Made by a program: the position numbers and the translations under genes. Positions 9,073 to 17,296 of a DNA stretch of 18,338 nt are shown piece after piece (position 1 is the first letter of the stretch; every line of letters starts with the position of its first letter). Location of the stretch: positions 1 through 18,338 of the forward strand of contig CALFBG010000331.1 of the NCBI GenBank assembly GCA_937951685.1, in the 5' to 3' direction. The stretch comes from an uncultured Saprospiraceae bacterium. GTDB taxonomy: Bacteria > Bacteroidota > Bacteroidia > Chitinophagales > Saprospiraceae. The notes below the pieces were generated by a model. The model had not been told where the DNA came from, did not search any database, and saw only the letters and a program-made list of their open reading frames with translations.

Positions 9073-9360
9073 TTACATATGTTTGAGTTCATCCGGTAAA
9101 TCATAAAACGTGGGATGACGATAAACTTTATCGTTGGCAGGTTCGTACAACGCTTCTCCTTCCGACGGATCAGAAGCAGTAATATGTTTGGATTCGACTA
9201 CCCAAATACTGACGCCTTCGCTTCTACGCGTATAAACGTCCCGTGCATTTTCGATCGCCATTTTCTCGTCCGCAGCGTGTAAGCTACCTACATGTTTGTG
9301 GTTAAGACCTTGTTTACTGCGAATAAAAATTTCCCACAGTGGCCAATTTTGATTTTTCAT
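9073..9360 (-). CDS. paaB: 1,2-phenylacetyl-CoA epoxidase subunit B (PaaB/PaaH), 95 aa
   Basis: Characteristic small PaaB sequence (WPLWEIF...HxGS.HA...AR..Y.RR.E.VS.WVV), sitting 12 bp after paaA. Confidence 0.9.
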   Translation of the reverse strand: MKNQNWPLWEIFIRSKQGLNHKHVGSLHAADEKMAIENARDVYTRRSEGVSIWVVESKHITASDPSEGEALYEPANDKVYRHPTFYDLPDELKHM

Positions 9361-9372
9361 TTGATACTAATT

Positions 9373-10329
9373 TTAAGCGACTTGTTCTTTTTTTGAATTC
9401 CGTTGCGATCTCTTTTCCGCGTGTGCCATCGCCGCTGCTCTTACCCAAGCACCTTCTTCGTGTGCTTTGACGCGCGTTTGGATTCGTTCGTGATTACAAG
9501 GACCGTTCCCTTTTACTACGTTCCAAAACTCCTCCCAGTCGATAACACCATAATCATAATGTCCGCGCTCCTCATTCCATTTTATATCTGGATCGGGCAA
9601 GGTGATATTTAAAATCTTAGCTTGTTCGACGGAAACGTCCACAAATTTTTGTCGCAACTCATCGTTGGTAAATCTTTTAATTTTCCATTTCATGGATTGT
9701 GCCGTGTGTGGAGAGTCCGCATCGTTTGGACCGAACATCATCATTGCGGGCCACCACCAGCGATTAACAGATTCTTGCAACATTTCCTTTTGTGCTTCAG
9801 TTCCTTTACTTAGGGTAAGTAAGATTTCGAAACCTTGTCGTTGGTGGAAACTTTCTTCTTTACATACCCGCACCATTGCTCTGGCGTAAGGACCGTAAGA
9901 ACACCGACAGAGGGGAACTTGATTCATAATTGCCGCGCCATCCACTAACCAGCCGATTGATCCAATATCCGCCCAGCTCGTCGTAGGATAATTAAAAATA
10001 CTTGAATATTTAGCCGTACCATTATGCAATTGCTCAATCAAATCGGCTCGTTCTACGCCTAAGGTTTCGGCGGCACTGTAGAGATATAATCCGTGACCAG
10101 CCTCATCTTGCACTTTGGCGAGCAAACCCAACTTTCGTCTGAGAGAAGGTGCTCGAGTAATCCAATTTCCTTCCGGCAACATTCCAACGATTTCAGAATG
10201 AGCGTGCTGAGAAATCTGTCGGATAAGTGTTTTACGATACTTCTCCGGCATCCAGTCTTTGGGTTCAATCTTTACCTCATCATCAACTTTAGCTTGAAAC
10301 CGGGATTCTAACGCTTGAATATTTGTCAT
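9373..10329 (-). CDS. paaA: 1,2-phenylacetyl-CoA epoxidase catalytic subunit A (PaaA/PaaG), 318 aa
   Basis: Di-iron ferritin-like oxygenase with conserved E..H motifs (QDEAGHGLY; ESFHQRQ). Its length and order relative to paaB, paaC and paaD fit. Confidence 0.9.
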   Translation of the reverse strand: MTNIQALESRFQAKVDDEVKIEPKDWMPEKYRKTLIRQISQHAHSEIVGMLPEGNWITRAPSLRRKLGLLAKVQDEAGHGLYLYSAAETLGVERADLIEQLHNGTAKYSSIFNYPTTSWADIGSIGWLVDGAAIMNQVPLCRCSYGPYARAMVRVCKEESFHQRQGFEILLTLSKGTEAQKEMLQESVNRWWWPAMMMFGPNDADSPHTAQSMKWKIKRFTNDELRQKFVDVSVEQAKILNITLPDPDIKWNEERGHYDYGVIDWEEFWNVVKGNGPCNHERIQTRVKAHEEGAWVRAAAMAHAEKRSQRNSKKEQVA

Positions 10330-10443
10330 AATTAGTAATTTTTCTTTTGCATTCGTTGAAAAATATTGTTCCGCAGTAAAGGACTACGCTGCAAACTTGC
10401 CCTAAACAAAAATAACCATTTCTCACTTACCTAACAAGTAAAA

Positions 10444-10466
10444 ACGAACATTTGTTCGTAAAGATG
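10444..10466 (-). promoter_or_regulatory. Inverted-repeat operator candidate ACGAACAttTGTTCGT followed by AAAGAT, upstream of paaA
   Basis: 7-bp perfect arms with a 2-nt spacer. The 3' half plus flank (TGTTCGTAAAGAT) recurs upstream of paaE at 12298-12323. It lies between the tetR stop and the paaA start. Confidence 0.5.
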
Positions 10467-10499
10467 AAAATATCTTTTTCTGGCCTTAGCTTCAGAGAT

Positions 10500-11126
10500 T
10501 TAATCTTTCTTTAAACCGTGTAGTAAAAGGTCTATGATTTGAGTTTGGAGGGTGGTTACGTCCAGTTTTCGCCCCGGCTTGTACCAGTAATGAATCCAAC
10601 GCAGGCTAGTGAGGATAGAGAAGAGCGCGACGTTACTATCGATTGCTCTAAACGCTTTGGTCTCGATCCCCGTTTCGATAATTTTACGAAAGCGACTTTC
10701 GTAGCTTCTGCGCAAGCTTAGAAACTCCTTTAAGCTTGCTTCGCCTAGATGTCGCCATTCATCGTTAAAAACAGTAACGGAAGTTAAATCTTCGGTGGCA
10801 ATTTTGATGTGCAATCCAATTAAGGCTTCAATTTTTTCGACGGGGGATTGCTTTTCTTGATCAATTGCTTCGATGCCTTCGATGAATTTTTCGGCATTAT
10901 CGAGGCAAATTTTTTGTAGGATTTCTTCTTTAGACTTGATGTGACTGTAAAGACTAGAAGGCTCTAGTCCGACTTTGGTGGCCAATTCGCGCATAGAGGT
11001 AGCCAAGTACCCTTTGTCTCGAAACAATTTGGCAGCTTCTTCAAAGATGAATTGTTTTTTGGTGGAGAGTACTTCTCGCGACATGGTGTTTAAATTTGAG
11101 GGTAATTCGGCGCGATGATCCGCCAA
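10500..11126 (-). CDS. TetR/AcrR-family transcriptional regulator embedded in the paa cluster, 208 aa (the alternative start at 11084, MSREVL..., may be the true one)
   Basis: N-terminal HTH (KKQFIFEEAAKLFRDKGYLATSMRELATKVGLEPSSLYSHIKSKEEIL) with a C-terminal ligand-binding helical domain. By analogy with PaaR-type TetR regulators of paa genes, it is a plausible phenylacetyl-CoA-responsive repressor. Confidence 0.85.
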   Translation of the reverse strand: MADHRAELPSNLNTMSREVLSTKKQFIFEEAAKLFRDKGYLATSMRELATKVGLEPSSLYSHIKSKEEILQKICLDNAEKFIEGIEAIDQEKQSPVEKIEALIGLHIKIATEDLTSVTVFNDEWRHLGEASLKEFLSLRRSYESRFRKIIETGIETKAFRAIDSNVALFSILTSLRWIHYWYKPGRKLDVTTLQTQIIDLLLHGLKKD

Positions 11127-11195
11127 TGCGAGTGGCGAAAGAATCAGTCTTTTAATTGATCAAACGGCTGAATACCTATGCAATAAATAGTGCTA

Positions 11196-12278
11196 TTATT
11201 TTTGATCAAAATCAATAAAGACCTTTTCTGTCCGTGGATGTGCTTGGCAAGTGAGAATAAAGCCTGCGGCCACTTCTTCCGCTTCCAGCGCGTAATTTAC
11301 ATCCATTTCCACCTCTCCTTCAACTACTTTTGCTCGGCAGGTGCAACAGACGCCACCTTTACAAGCGAAAGGTAGATCTGCTCCTTTTTTCAAAGCCGCA
11401 TCGAGAATGCTTTCTCCATCGTAGGCTAGGTCTAGTTCCGTGATATCACCATCTACCTGAATGGAAACTTTACAAACTTTGTCAGCATTCTGCTTGACAT
11501 CCTTTTTTACCGTTTTTACCTTCGCCGCTGGCTTATCCGGCGAGCTAAATAATTCGATGTGAATTTTTGGCTTGGCGACGCCCATTTCTTCTAATGCGGC
11601 GCGAATGGCCAACATCATTGGCTCTGGACCGCAGATAAAATATTCATCGATACGAATCGGCTCGAATAGTAATTCTCCGAAAAGACGACATTTTTCCGTC
11701 GTAATATATCCGTTGAATAAATCCGTTTCTAAGCTTTCCTGACTAAAAATATGGTGCACCGTTACCCGACCGATGTAGGTATTCTTGAGCGCTTCAATTT
11801 CTTCCCGAAAGATAATACTATCGAAGCCTTTATTGGCATAAAATAAAGTAAACTGACTCGTTTTTTCTACTTGCAGCACCGTTTTCATGATTGAAATAAT
11901 CGGTGTAATGCCACTTCCTCCGGCGAAACCAACGTAATTTTTGCTTTGTGTGGCTTTGACTTCGCTGTAGAACTTCCCCATTGGAGTCATCACATCCAAA
12001 GTATCTCCTACGGCTAAGGTTTCGTTGGCAAAAGTTGAAAATCTTCCCCCTTCTACCTTTTTAATGGCTACGCGCAATTCTTGATCGAGCGGGCTGACAC
12101 AAACGGAATAATTACGCCGAATCTCTTCTCCGTTAATCATGGCTTTCATGGTCAAGTATTGTCCTTGAATAAATTGGTAATCCATTTTTAGCGCTGCGGG
12201 AATATCGAAAGCGATACTGACGGCATCAGCAGTTTCTTGACGAATATCGGAAATCTTTAGGGCGTGGAATTTAGGCAT
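11196..12278 (-). CDS. paaE: 1,2-phenylacetyl-CoA epoxidase reductase subunit (PaaE/PaaK: FAD/NAD ferredoxin-reductase domain plus C-terminal 2Fe-2S ferredoxin), ~360 aa
   Basis: FR-type FAD-binding motifs (RRNYSV, GGSGITP) and a plant-type ferredoxin cysteine cluster (CKGGVCCTC...C). The track ORF extends to 12365, but the conserved N-terminus MPKFHALKI starts at 12278, so I call that start. Confidence 0.85.
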   Translation of the reverse strand: MPKFHALKISDIRQETADAVSIAFDIPAALKMDYQFIQGQYLTMKAMINGEEIRRNYSVCVSPLDQELRVAIKKVEGGRFSTFANETLAVGDTLDVMTPMGKFYSEVKATQSKNYVGFAGGSGITPIISIMKTVLQVEKTSQFTLFYANKGFDSIIFREEIEALKNTYIGRVTVHHIFSQESLETDLFNGYITTEKCRLFGELLFEPIRIDEYFICGPEPMMLAIRAALEEMGVAKPKIHIELFSSPDKPAAKVKTVKKDVKQNADKVCKVSIQVDGDITELDLAYDGESILDAALKKGADLPFACKGGVCCTCRAKVVEGEVEMDVNYALEAEEVAAGFILTCQAHPRTEKVFIDFDQK

Positions 12279-12297
12279 AGCGATAAACTTAAGGTAT

Positions 12298-12323
12298 ACG
12301 AATGAGTGTTCGTTCGTAAAGAT
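12298..12323 (-). promoter_or_regulatory. Operator/promoter candidate ACGAATgagtGTTCGTTCGTAAAGAT 20-45 bp upstream of the paaE start
   Basis: Shares an ACGAA..GTTCGTAAAGAT core with the site at 10444-10466. On the transcribed strand it reads TATCTTTACGAAC, which overlaps a near -7-like TAnnTTTA. Confidence 0.45.
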
Positions 12324-12532
12324 ACGTGCATCTGAGGGAATATCCAAGTTTTGAGAGTGGTTCAACTAAAGAATGATGGTTTTACATCGGAGCAAAGGGT
12401 TGCCAGGAAAAGCAATTGATGAGCTCAATCATTGCTATTTTGTAGGATAAAAGAAAAAGTGAAGGCATTCTTGTAGAAAGATCGTAATGCGAGGCAGCTA
12501 TGCATTTGTGTAAAACTTGAGTAGAGGGCACT

Positions 12533-12570
12533 AAAAAAGTGTATCCTGAAGATTCAGAATACACTTTTTA
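12533..12570 (-). terminator. Rho-independent terminator downstream of rpsT, symmetric A-run/T-run and possibly bidirectional
   Basis: Stem gtgtatcctgaa / ttcagaatacac (12 bp with a 2-nt loop), flanked by A6 on one side and T6 on the other. On the minus strand a T-run follows the stem. Confidence 0.75.
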
Positions 12571-12601
12571 TAATACTACTTTTAAAATGTAAATTTAGTC
12601 C

Positions 12602-12853
12602 CTAGAGACCATTTACGTATCGCGTTAATTTACTTTTCAGGTTTGATACTTTATTATCGTGAAAGCTATTTCGCTTACCCAATCGGTCGATCATGCTGAT
12701 CACTTTAGGTAGCAATTTTACAGCTTCAGATTTATCCTCCATCTCTCTTAGCTTTCTGATTGCAGTACGAGTAGACTTTTTATAGTAACGATTCATCAAA
12801 CGCTTTTTAGCATCTTGACGAATTCTTTTCTTTGCTGACTGGTGGTGTGCCAT
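12602..12853 (-). CDS. rpsT: 30S ribosomal protein S20, 83 aa
   Basis: N-terminus MAHHQSAKKRIRQDAKKR matches the S20 signature (SAKKR.RQ). The protein is small and basic. Confidence 0.9.
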   Translation of the reverse strand: MAHHQSAKKRIRQDAKKRLMNRYYKKSTRTAIRKLREMEDKSEAVKLLPKVISMIDRLGKRNSFHDNKVSNLKSKLTRYVNGL

Positions 12854-12958
12854 ATTAAATAACTTAAAACTTTTTTGTAATCAAATAGAGCGCAAATTTA
12901 AGTCTTTTTACTTAGAATAGAAACTAATTCTTAAAAAAAATCTTATTTGCGACAATAA

Positions 12959-13174
12959 TTATTTGGCATTCTCATCTTTACCGCCTAAAAGCGCCACAAT
13001 AACGCTTAATATTCTAGTAAAAAAAGTACCAAAAGTATCTCCTACGAATCGGAAACCGTTGACTTCTCCTTGAATGTTGTCCAACATCTCTTGTTCGGGA
13101 AACTCAAATTCGTCCAGTTCTTCTTCTTCAAGTTCTTTAAAATTGTTATTTTCTTCTACCATTGTATCTAACAT
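12959..13174 (-). CDS. Hypothetical small protein, 71 aa, with an acidic N-terminal half and a hydrophobic C-terminal segment
   Basis: Clean ORF with a strongly biased composition (EEEELDEFEFPEQE, then FFTRILSVIVALLGG). I recognise no family. It has a long upstream non-coding region. Confidence 0.45.
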   Translation of the reverse strand: MLDTMVEENNNFKELEEEELDEFEFPEQEMLDNIQGEVNGFRFVGDTFGTFFTRILSVIVALLGGKDENAK

Positions 13175-13297
13175 CTTTATTTAGTGTGATGCTTTTCTGT
13201 AGAATAAAGAGAGATCAATATTCACATTTTCAATGCGCGTTGACTCTATTTTCATTGCTTTAAATCCGGTGCATCAGCGTTAATTGCAAAATAGCTA

Positions 13298-13347
13298 TAC
13301 TGAAGTTGTTTAAAAACTCCAAAAATGTTTACGAATTGATCTTTTTG
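13298..13347. repeat. Copy 2 of the ~50-bp dispersed intergenic repeat
   Basis: About 48/50 identity to 8141-8191, in the same orientation. It lies 124 bp upstream of the minus-strand 71-aa ORF, inside the 780-bp non-coding region before sucA. Confidence 0.8.
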
Positions 13348-13956
13348 TCCAAGTTTTATGCTTTTTATTTCATTTCTTTTGAAATTTTGCATAAAACCAG
13401 ATCTATTATTTGTGCTTCGTGTAAAATTAGATTTATTTAGTTTTCTATTCAGCAACTAAACAAAACAATCCTCTAGCAATCTTGTTAAGATGATGAATAA
13501 CCAAAGCCATTATCATCATTTCGGTAAGTTGCATGATAACTAAAAGTCAAACTTAGTTCCAAATTATGAGATGAACGGAGTAGATCTTTAGATTAAATTG
13601 CAAAATGCTTAGTTAAGAATTGCTTTTTAGACGTGTGTCGATACGAATAGACACATTATTTTGAGCATATTTTATAAATTTCTCCGATATTTGTTCACGG
13701 ATTAACGAAAAGAGCTATTTTAGAACGCTAATGGAGATAACTCTAATGATTTTTTTTTATCCTTGTTCTTCTTTTTATTACCAAACGTGGATAGTAAATA
13801 CCTAGACATCAGGAGAAGTTATTTAAAACGATCTTAAAAAGCTTCGAAAATAAAAAATACATTTTTCCATTTTCATGATTTTTAAGTCGTTCTTCCTTGA
13901 TTAATTCCCGCTAACTACAGAAGAGAATCAAATTTTAAAACACATTCAGCACTAAG

Positions 13957-16725
13957 ATGAGTAAATTTTCATACGTTTTCAATGCGCATCCTTCCTACAT
14001 TGAATCTATATACAAGCAATACCAACAAGATCCTGATTCCGTAGAAGACGGATGGAGAACATTTTTCCAAGGTTTTGAATTTGCCCAGCAAAATGGAAAT
14101 GGTCACGCAACGCAAAATGGTACCGCAAGCGATGCCACTAGCTCGATGTCCAATACAAAAGAGTTTGGCGCAATGTCAATTATTCACGGCTTTCGCAATC
14201 GAGGGCATTTATTATCTACGACGAATCCGATTCGGCAACGTAGAGATCGTGCGCCTCACTTGGAACTTTCCGATTACAACTTAAGCGAAGCAGATTTATC
14301 TCAAGTTTTTCAAGCTGGATCAGAGATTGGTTTGCAAGGTGCGACGTTAAGTCAAATTATTGAACGCTTACGGATGATTTATTGCGGTAATATTGGTTTT
14401 GAATATACGCATATCGAAAACCGAGAGAAGCGTTTGTGGTTGCGTGATAAAATAGAAAATCGACCTAAGAATTCCTACGGGCTTTCGATTGAGAAAAAGC
14501 GTAGAATTTTGGAAAAACTGAACGGTGCCGTTGGTTTTGAAAAGTTCTTACACACCAAGTATGTTGGTCAAAAAAGATTTTCCTTGGAAGGTGGTGAAAC
14601 GGCGATTGCGGCACTTGATGCTATTATTAGCAAGGGAGCAGAAGATAAAGTGGAAGAAGTGGTAATTGGAATGGCGCACCGTGGTCGTTTGAACGTGTTG
14701 GCGAATATCATGGGGAAAACTTATGAGCACTTATTTAACGAATTCGAAGGCACGGCAGTCCCTGATTTAAGTTTTGGGGATGGTGACGTTAAATATCACT
14801 TAGGATATTCTTCTCAGGTCAAAACGAGTAATGGTAAAACTGTTCATCTAAAACTAGTTCCAAATCCTTCGCACCTCGAATCCGTCAATCCAGTCGTAGA
14901 AGGATTTGCGAGAGCGAAAGCGGATTTATTGTACAATAGTGATTACGATAAAATTTTACCGATTCTAATTCACGGTGATGCGGCGATTGCGGGACAAGGC
15001 GTGGTTTACGAAACGGTGCAGATGAGTCAGTTAGAAGGTTACTATACTGGTGGTACGATTCATTTTGTGATTAACAATCAAATTGGCTTTACTACTGATT
15101 TTGATGATGCGCGATCTTCTACTTACTGCACAGGCGTAGCAAGTTTGGTACAAGCCCCCGTTTTTCACGTTAATGGAGATGATCCCGAAGCAGTTGTTTT
15201 TGCAGTTGAATTAGCCACCGAATATCGGCAGCGTTTCAACAATGACGTTTTCATTGATATGGTTTGCTACCGGAAACACGGGCACAACGAAGGAGATGAT
15301 CCTAAGTTTACACAGCCTGGAATGTACTCGGTGATCAACAAACATCCCGACGCAAGAGAGATTTACTCTAAACATTTGGTAGATACGGGAATGGTGGAAA
15401 AAGAATTGGCGGAAAGCCTCGAAGAAGACTTCTGGGCTAACTTACAAGCTAGACTTGACTTAGTCAAAGAAAAACCTTTGCCTTATGTTTACCAAGAGCC
15501 AGAATTAGCTTGGAAAAAACTCAAAAAATCTACCAACCCCAAAGATTTTGACATCTCTCCTCCGACGGGAATTCCTAAGGCGAGAGTTAATCAAATCATC
15601 AATCACTTGATGACGCTTCCGAAGGACTTTTCTTCGTTGAGTAAAATTCAACGTTTGCTCAAAGGAAAACAAAAGTTGTTGGATGCGGGTAAGCTAGATT
15701 GGGCGATGGCAGAATTATTGGCTTACGGCTCTATTTTACTCGACCAGAAGCACGTAAGAATGAGTGGACAGGACGTTAAGCGAGGAACTTTTTCTCACCG
15801 CCATGCGGTCTTTAGCGACGTTAAAACCTTTAAAGAATACAATCGTTTAAATCATATTACCGCCGATCAGGGTAAATTTAATATCTACAATTCCTTACTA
15901 TCAGAGTTTGCCGTAATGGGATTTGAATACGGTTACTCTTTGGCAACGCCCGATACCTTAGTGATTTGGGAAGCACAGTTTGGAGATTTTTATAACGGTG
16001 CGCAAACGATCATTGATCAATACATCTCCGCCGCAGAAAGTAAGTGGCAGCGAATGAGTGGTTTGGTACTTTTATTACCACATGGTTTTGCGGGACAAGG
16101 ACCGGAGCACTCCAGTGCGCGATTGGAACGCTTTTTACAATCTTGTGCGGAATATAATATGACGGTGGCGAATATCACGACCCCCGCAAACTTTTTCCAC
16201 GTGCTCCGTCGCCAATTGGCGCGCCCTTTCCGTAAGCCTTTAGTAATTATGTCGCCCAAATCATTGTTGAGACATCCAATGTGTGTATCGGACTTAAATG
16301 CTTTTGAAGACATTAATGACAATAGTTTTTATGAGTACTACGATGATCCAGCCGTTGGGGAAAAAGAAGCGAAGAAGATCAAGCGAGCCTTATTCTGTAC
16401 CGGAAAAGTCTACTACGATTTATTAAAAGAAAAAGATGACAATGATCGTAAAGACGTAGCGATTATTAGAATTGAGCAATTATATCCATTGCCTAAAACA
16501 CATTTGGATAATTTGATGAAAAAATACGAAGGTGCAGATAAGTTCTGGGTACAAGAAGAACCAGAAAATATGGGCGCTTGGCAACATATGCTTTCGATGT
16601 ATCGGCGAGATGACTTGGAGTTGATTGCCCGGAAAGCGAGTGCTTCTCCTGCAACGGGTTACAAAAAAGTACACGATAAGCAACAAGCCGATATTATTGA
16701 TCGTGCTTTTGGAAATAAAAAATAG
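13957..16725 (+). CDS. sucA: 2-oxoglutarate dehydrogenase E1 component, 922 aa
   Basis: Full-length OGDH E1 with a TPP-binding region (GDAAIAGQGVVYET), transketolase-like pyrimidine-binding and C-terminal domains. The length is typical. Confidence 0.92.
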   Translation: MSKFSYVFNAHPSYIESIYKQYQQDPDSVEDGWRTFFQGFEFAQQNGNGHATQNGTASDATSSMSNTKEFGAMSIIHGFRNRGHLLSTTNPIRQRRDRAPHLELSDYNLSEADLSQVFQAGSEIGLQGATLSQIIERLRMIYCGNIGFEYTHIENREKRLWLRDKIENRPKNSYGLSIEKKRRILEKLNGAVGFEKFLHTKYVGQKRFSLEGGETAIAALDAIISKGAEDKVEEVVIGMAHRGRLNVLANIMGKTYEHLFNEFEGTAVPDLSFGDGDVKYHLGYSSQVKTSNGKTVHLKLVPNPSHLESVNPVVEGFARAKADLLYNSDYDKILPILIHGDAAIAGQGVVYETVQMSQLEGYYTGGTIHFVINNQIGFTTDFDDARSSTYCTGVASLVQAPVFHVNGDDPEAVVFAVELATEYRQRFNNDVFIDMVCYRKHGHNEGDDPKFTQPGMYSVINKHPDAREIYSKHLVDTGMVEKELAESLEEDFWANLQARLDLVKEKPLPYVYQEPELAWKKLKKSTNPKDFDISPPTGIPKARVNQIINHLMTLPKDFSSLSKIQRLLKGKQKLLDAGKLDWAMAELLAYGSILLDQKHVRMSGQDVKRGTFSHRHAVFSDVKTFKEYNRLNHITADQGKFNIYNSLLSEFAVMGFEYGYSLATPDTLVIWEAQFGDFYNGAQTIIDQYISAAESKWQRMSGLVLLLPHGFAGQGPEHSSARLERFLQSCAEYNMTVANITTPANFFHVLRRQLARPFRKPLVIMSPKSLLRHPMCVSDLNAFEDINDNSFYEYYDDPAVGEKEAKKIKRALFCTGKVYYDLLKEKDDNDRKDVAIIRIEQLYPLPKTHLDNLMKKYEGADKFWVQEEPENMGAWQHMLSMYRRDDLELIARKASASPATGYKKVHDKQQADIIDRAFGNKK

Positions 16726-16773
16726 CCGATTGAAGCCGTTTTAATTTTAAAATGCTTCCTGCGGTGCTAATTG

Positions 16774-16810
16774 GCCTCAACATTGATTTGTTGAGGCTAA
16801 TTTTTTTTTG
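16774..16810 (+). terminator. Rho-independent terminator after sucA
   Basis: Stem gcctcaaca / tgttgaggc with a short loop, followed by taaTTTTTTTTTg. Confidence 0.8.
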
Positions 16811-16816
16811 TAGAAA

Positions 16817-17168
16817 GGTGATGGTTTGGCTGCGTAATAAAGAAGGTAAGTAGGTTATCGGAGTAAAGCTGAGCTTTGGTGTCGCGCCCTACGGGGCTTT
16901 AATCGTTTTGATCCGTTGTTTTACGAAGGTTTCGTCCCGCTGGGACTTTGAGCGAATGGTGGTTTTATCGGGTGAGTAATAAAGATGCTAAATGTGAATG
17001 TGAATTATCGGATTGAAGATAGCTTTCGTCCAGCGCCCTACTAGACTCTAATTATTTTGGTTCGTTGTTTTACGAAAGCTTCGCCTCGCTAGGACTTTGA
17101 GCAAATGGTGGTTTTATCGGGTAAGTAATAAAGGTGCTAAATGTGAATGTGAATTACCGGATTGAGCA
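16817..17168. repeat. Tandem array of ~2.4 copies of a ~150-bp unit: copy 1 at 16871-17020, copy 2 at 17021-17168, and a divergent partial copy at 16817-16870
   Basis: Direct read shows copies 1 and 2 are about 85-90% identical. Each contains GC hairpins (gcgccctacggggc; gtcccgctgggac in copy 1), the internal direct repeat aatgtgaatgtgaatta, and TAATAAAG. There is no ORF. It lies between convergent genes. Confidence 0.85.
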
Positions 17169-17296
17169 ACAAATAATGCAAAATAGGATCGCTGCTATGC
17201 TAACGTCAAGCCTTCAAAATAAAGCTTTACTTAGTACCTTATGAGCTATACAAAAAATCATGACTCAAAATTTCAATTCACTTAGCTTACATTGTA

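Noticed and set aside
9403-10311. Several 60-95-aa plus-strand ORFs inside paaA
   Set aside because: All are antisense to a well-supported paaA CDS and are Cys/His/Phe-rich frame artefacts.
12413-12434. Near-palindrome caattgatgagctcaatcattg about 135 bp upstream of paaE
   Set aside because: The arms are shifted and imperfect (caattgat vs caatgatt), and only the central GAGCTC is a true palindrome. It is weaker than the ACGAAC..GTTCGT motif, which recurs at paaA, so I did not call it an operator.
12382-12564. 60-aa minus-strand ORF between paaE and rpsT
   Set aside because: It overlaps the rpsT terminator hairpin and the paaE promoter region and has no recognisable features.
13252-13455. 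67-aa minus-strand ORF in the long intergenic region
   Set aside because: It is a low-complexity basic sequence (N/K/R-rich) that covers copy 2 of the 50-bp repeat. Its apparent similarity to the ORF at 8150-8335 is explained by the DNA repeat, not by a protein family.
16817-17168. Possibility that the tandem repeats are a CRISPR array
   Set aside because: The unit length is about 150 bp with no short constant-repeat/variable-spacer alternation. The whole unit is repeated with point differences. No cas genes are nearby.
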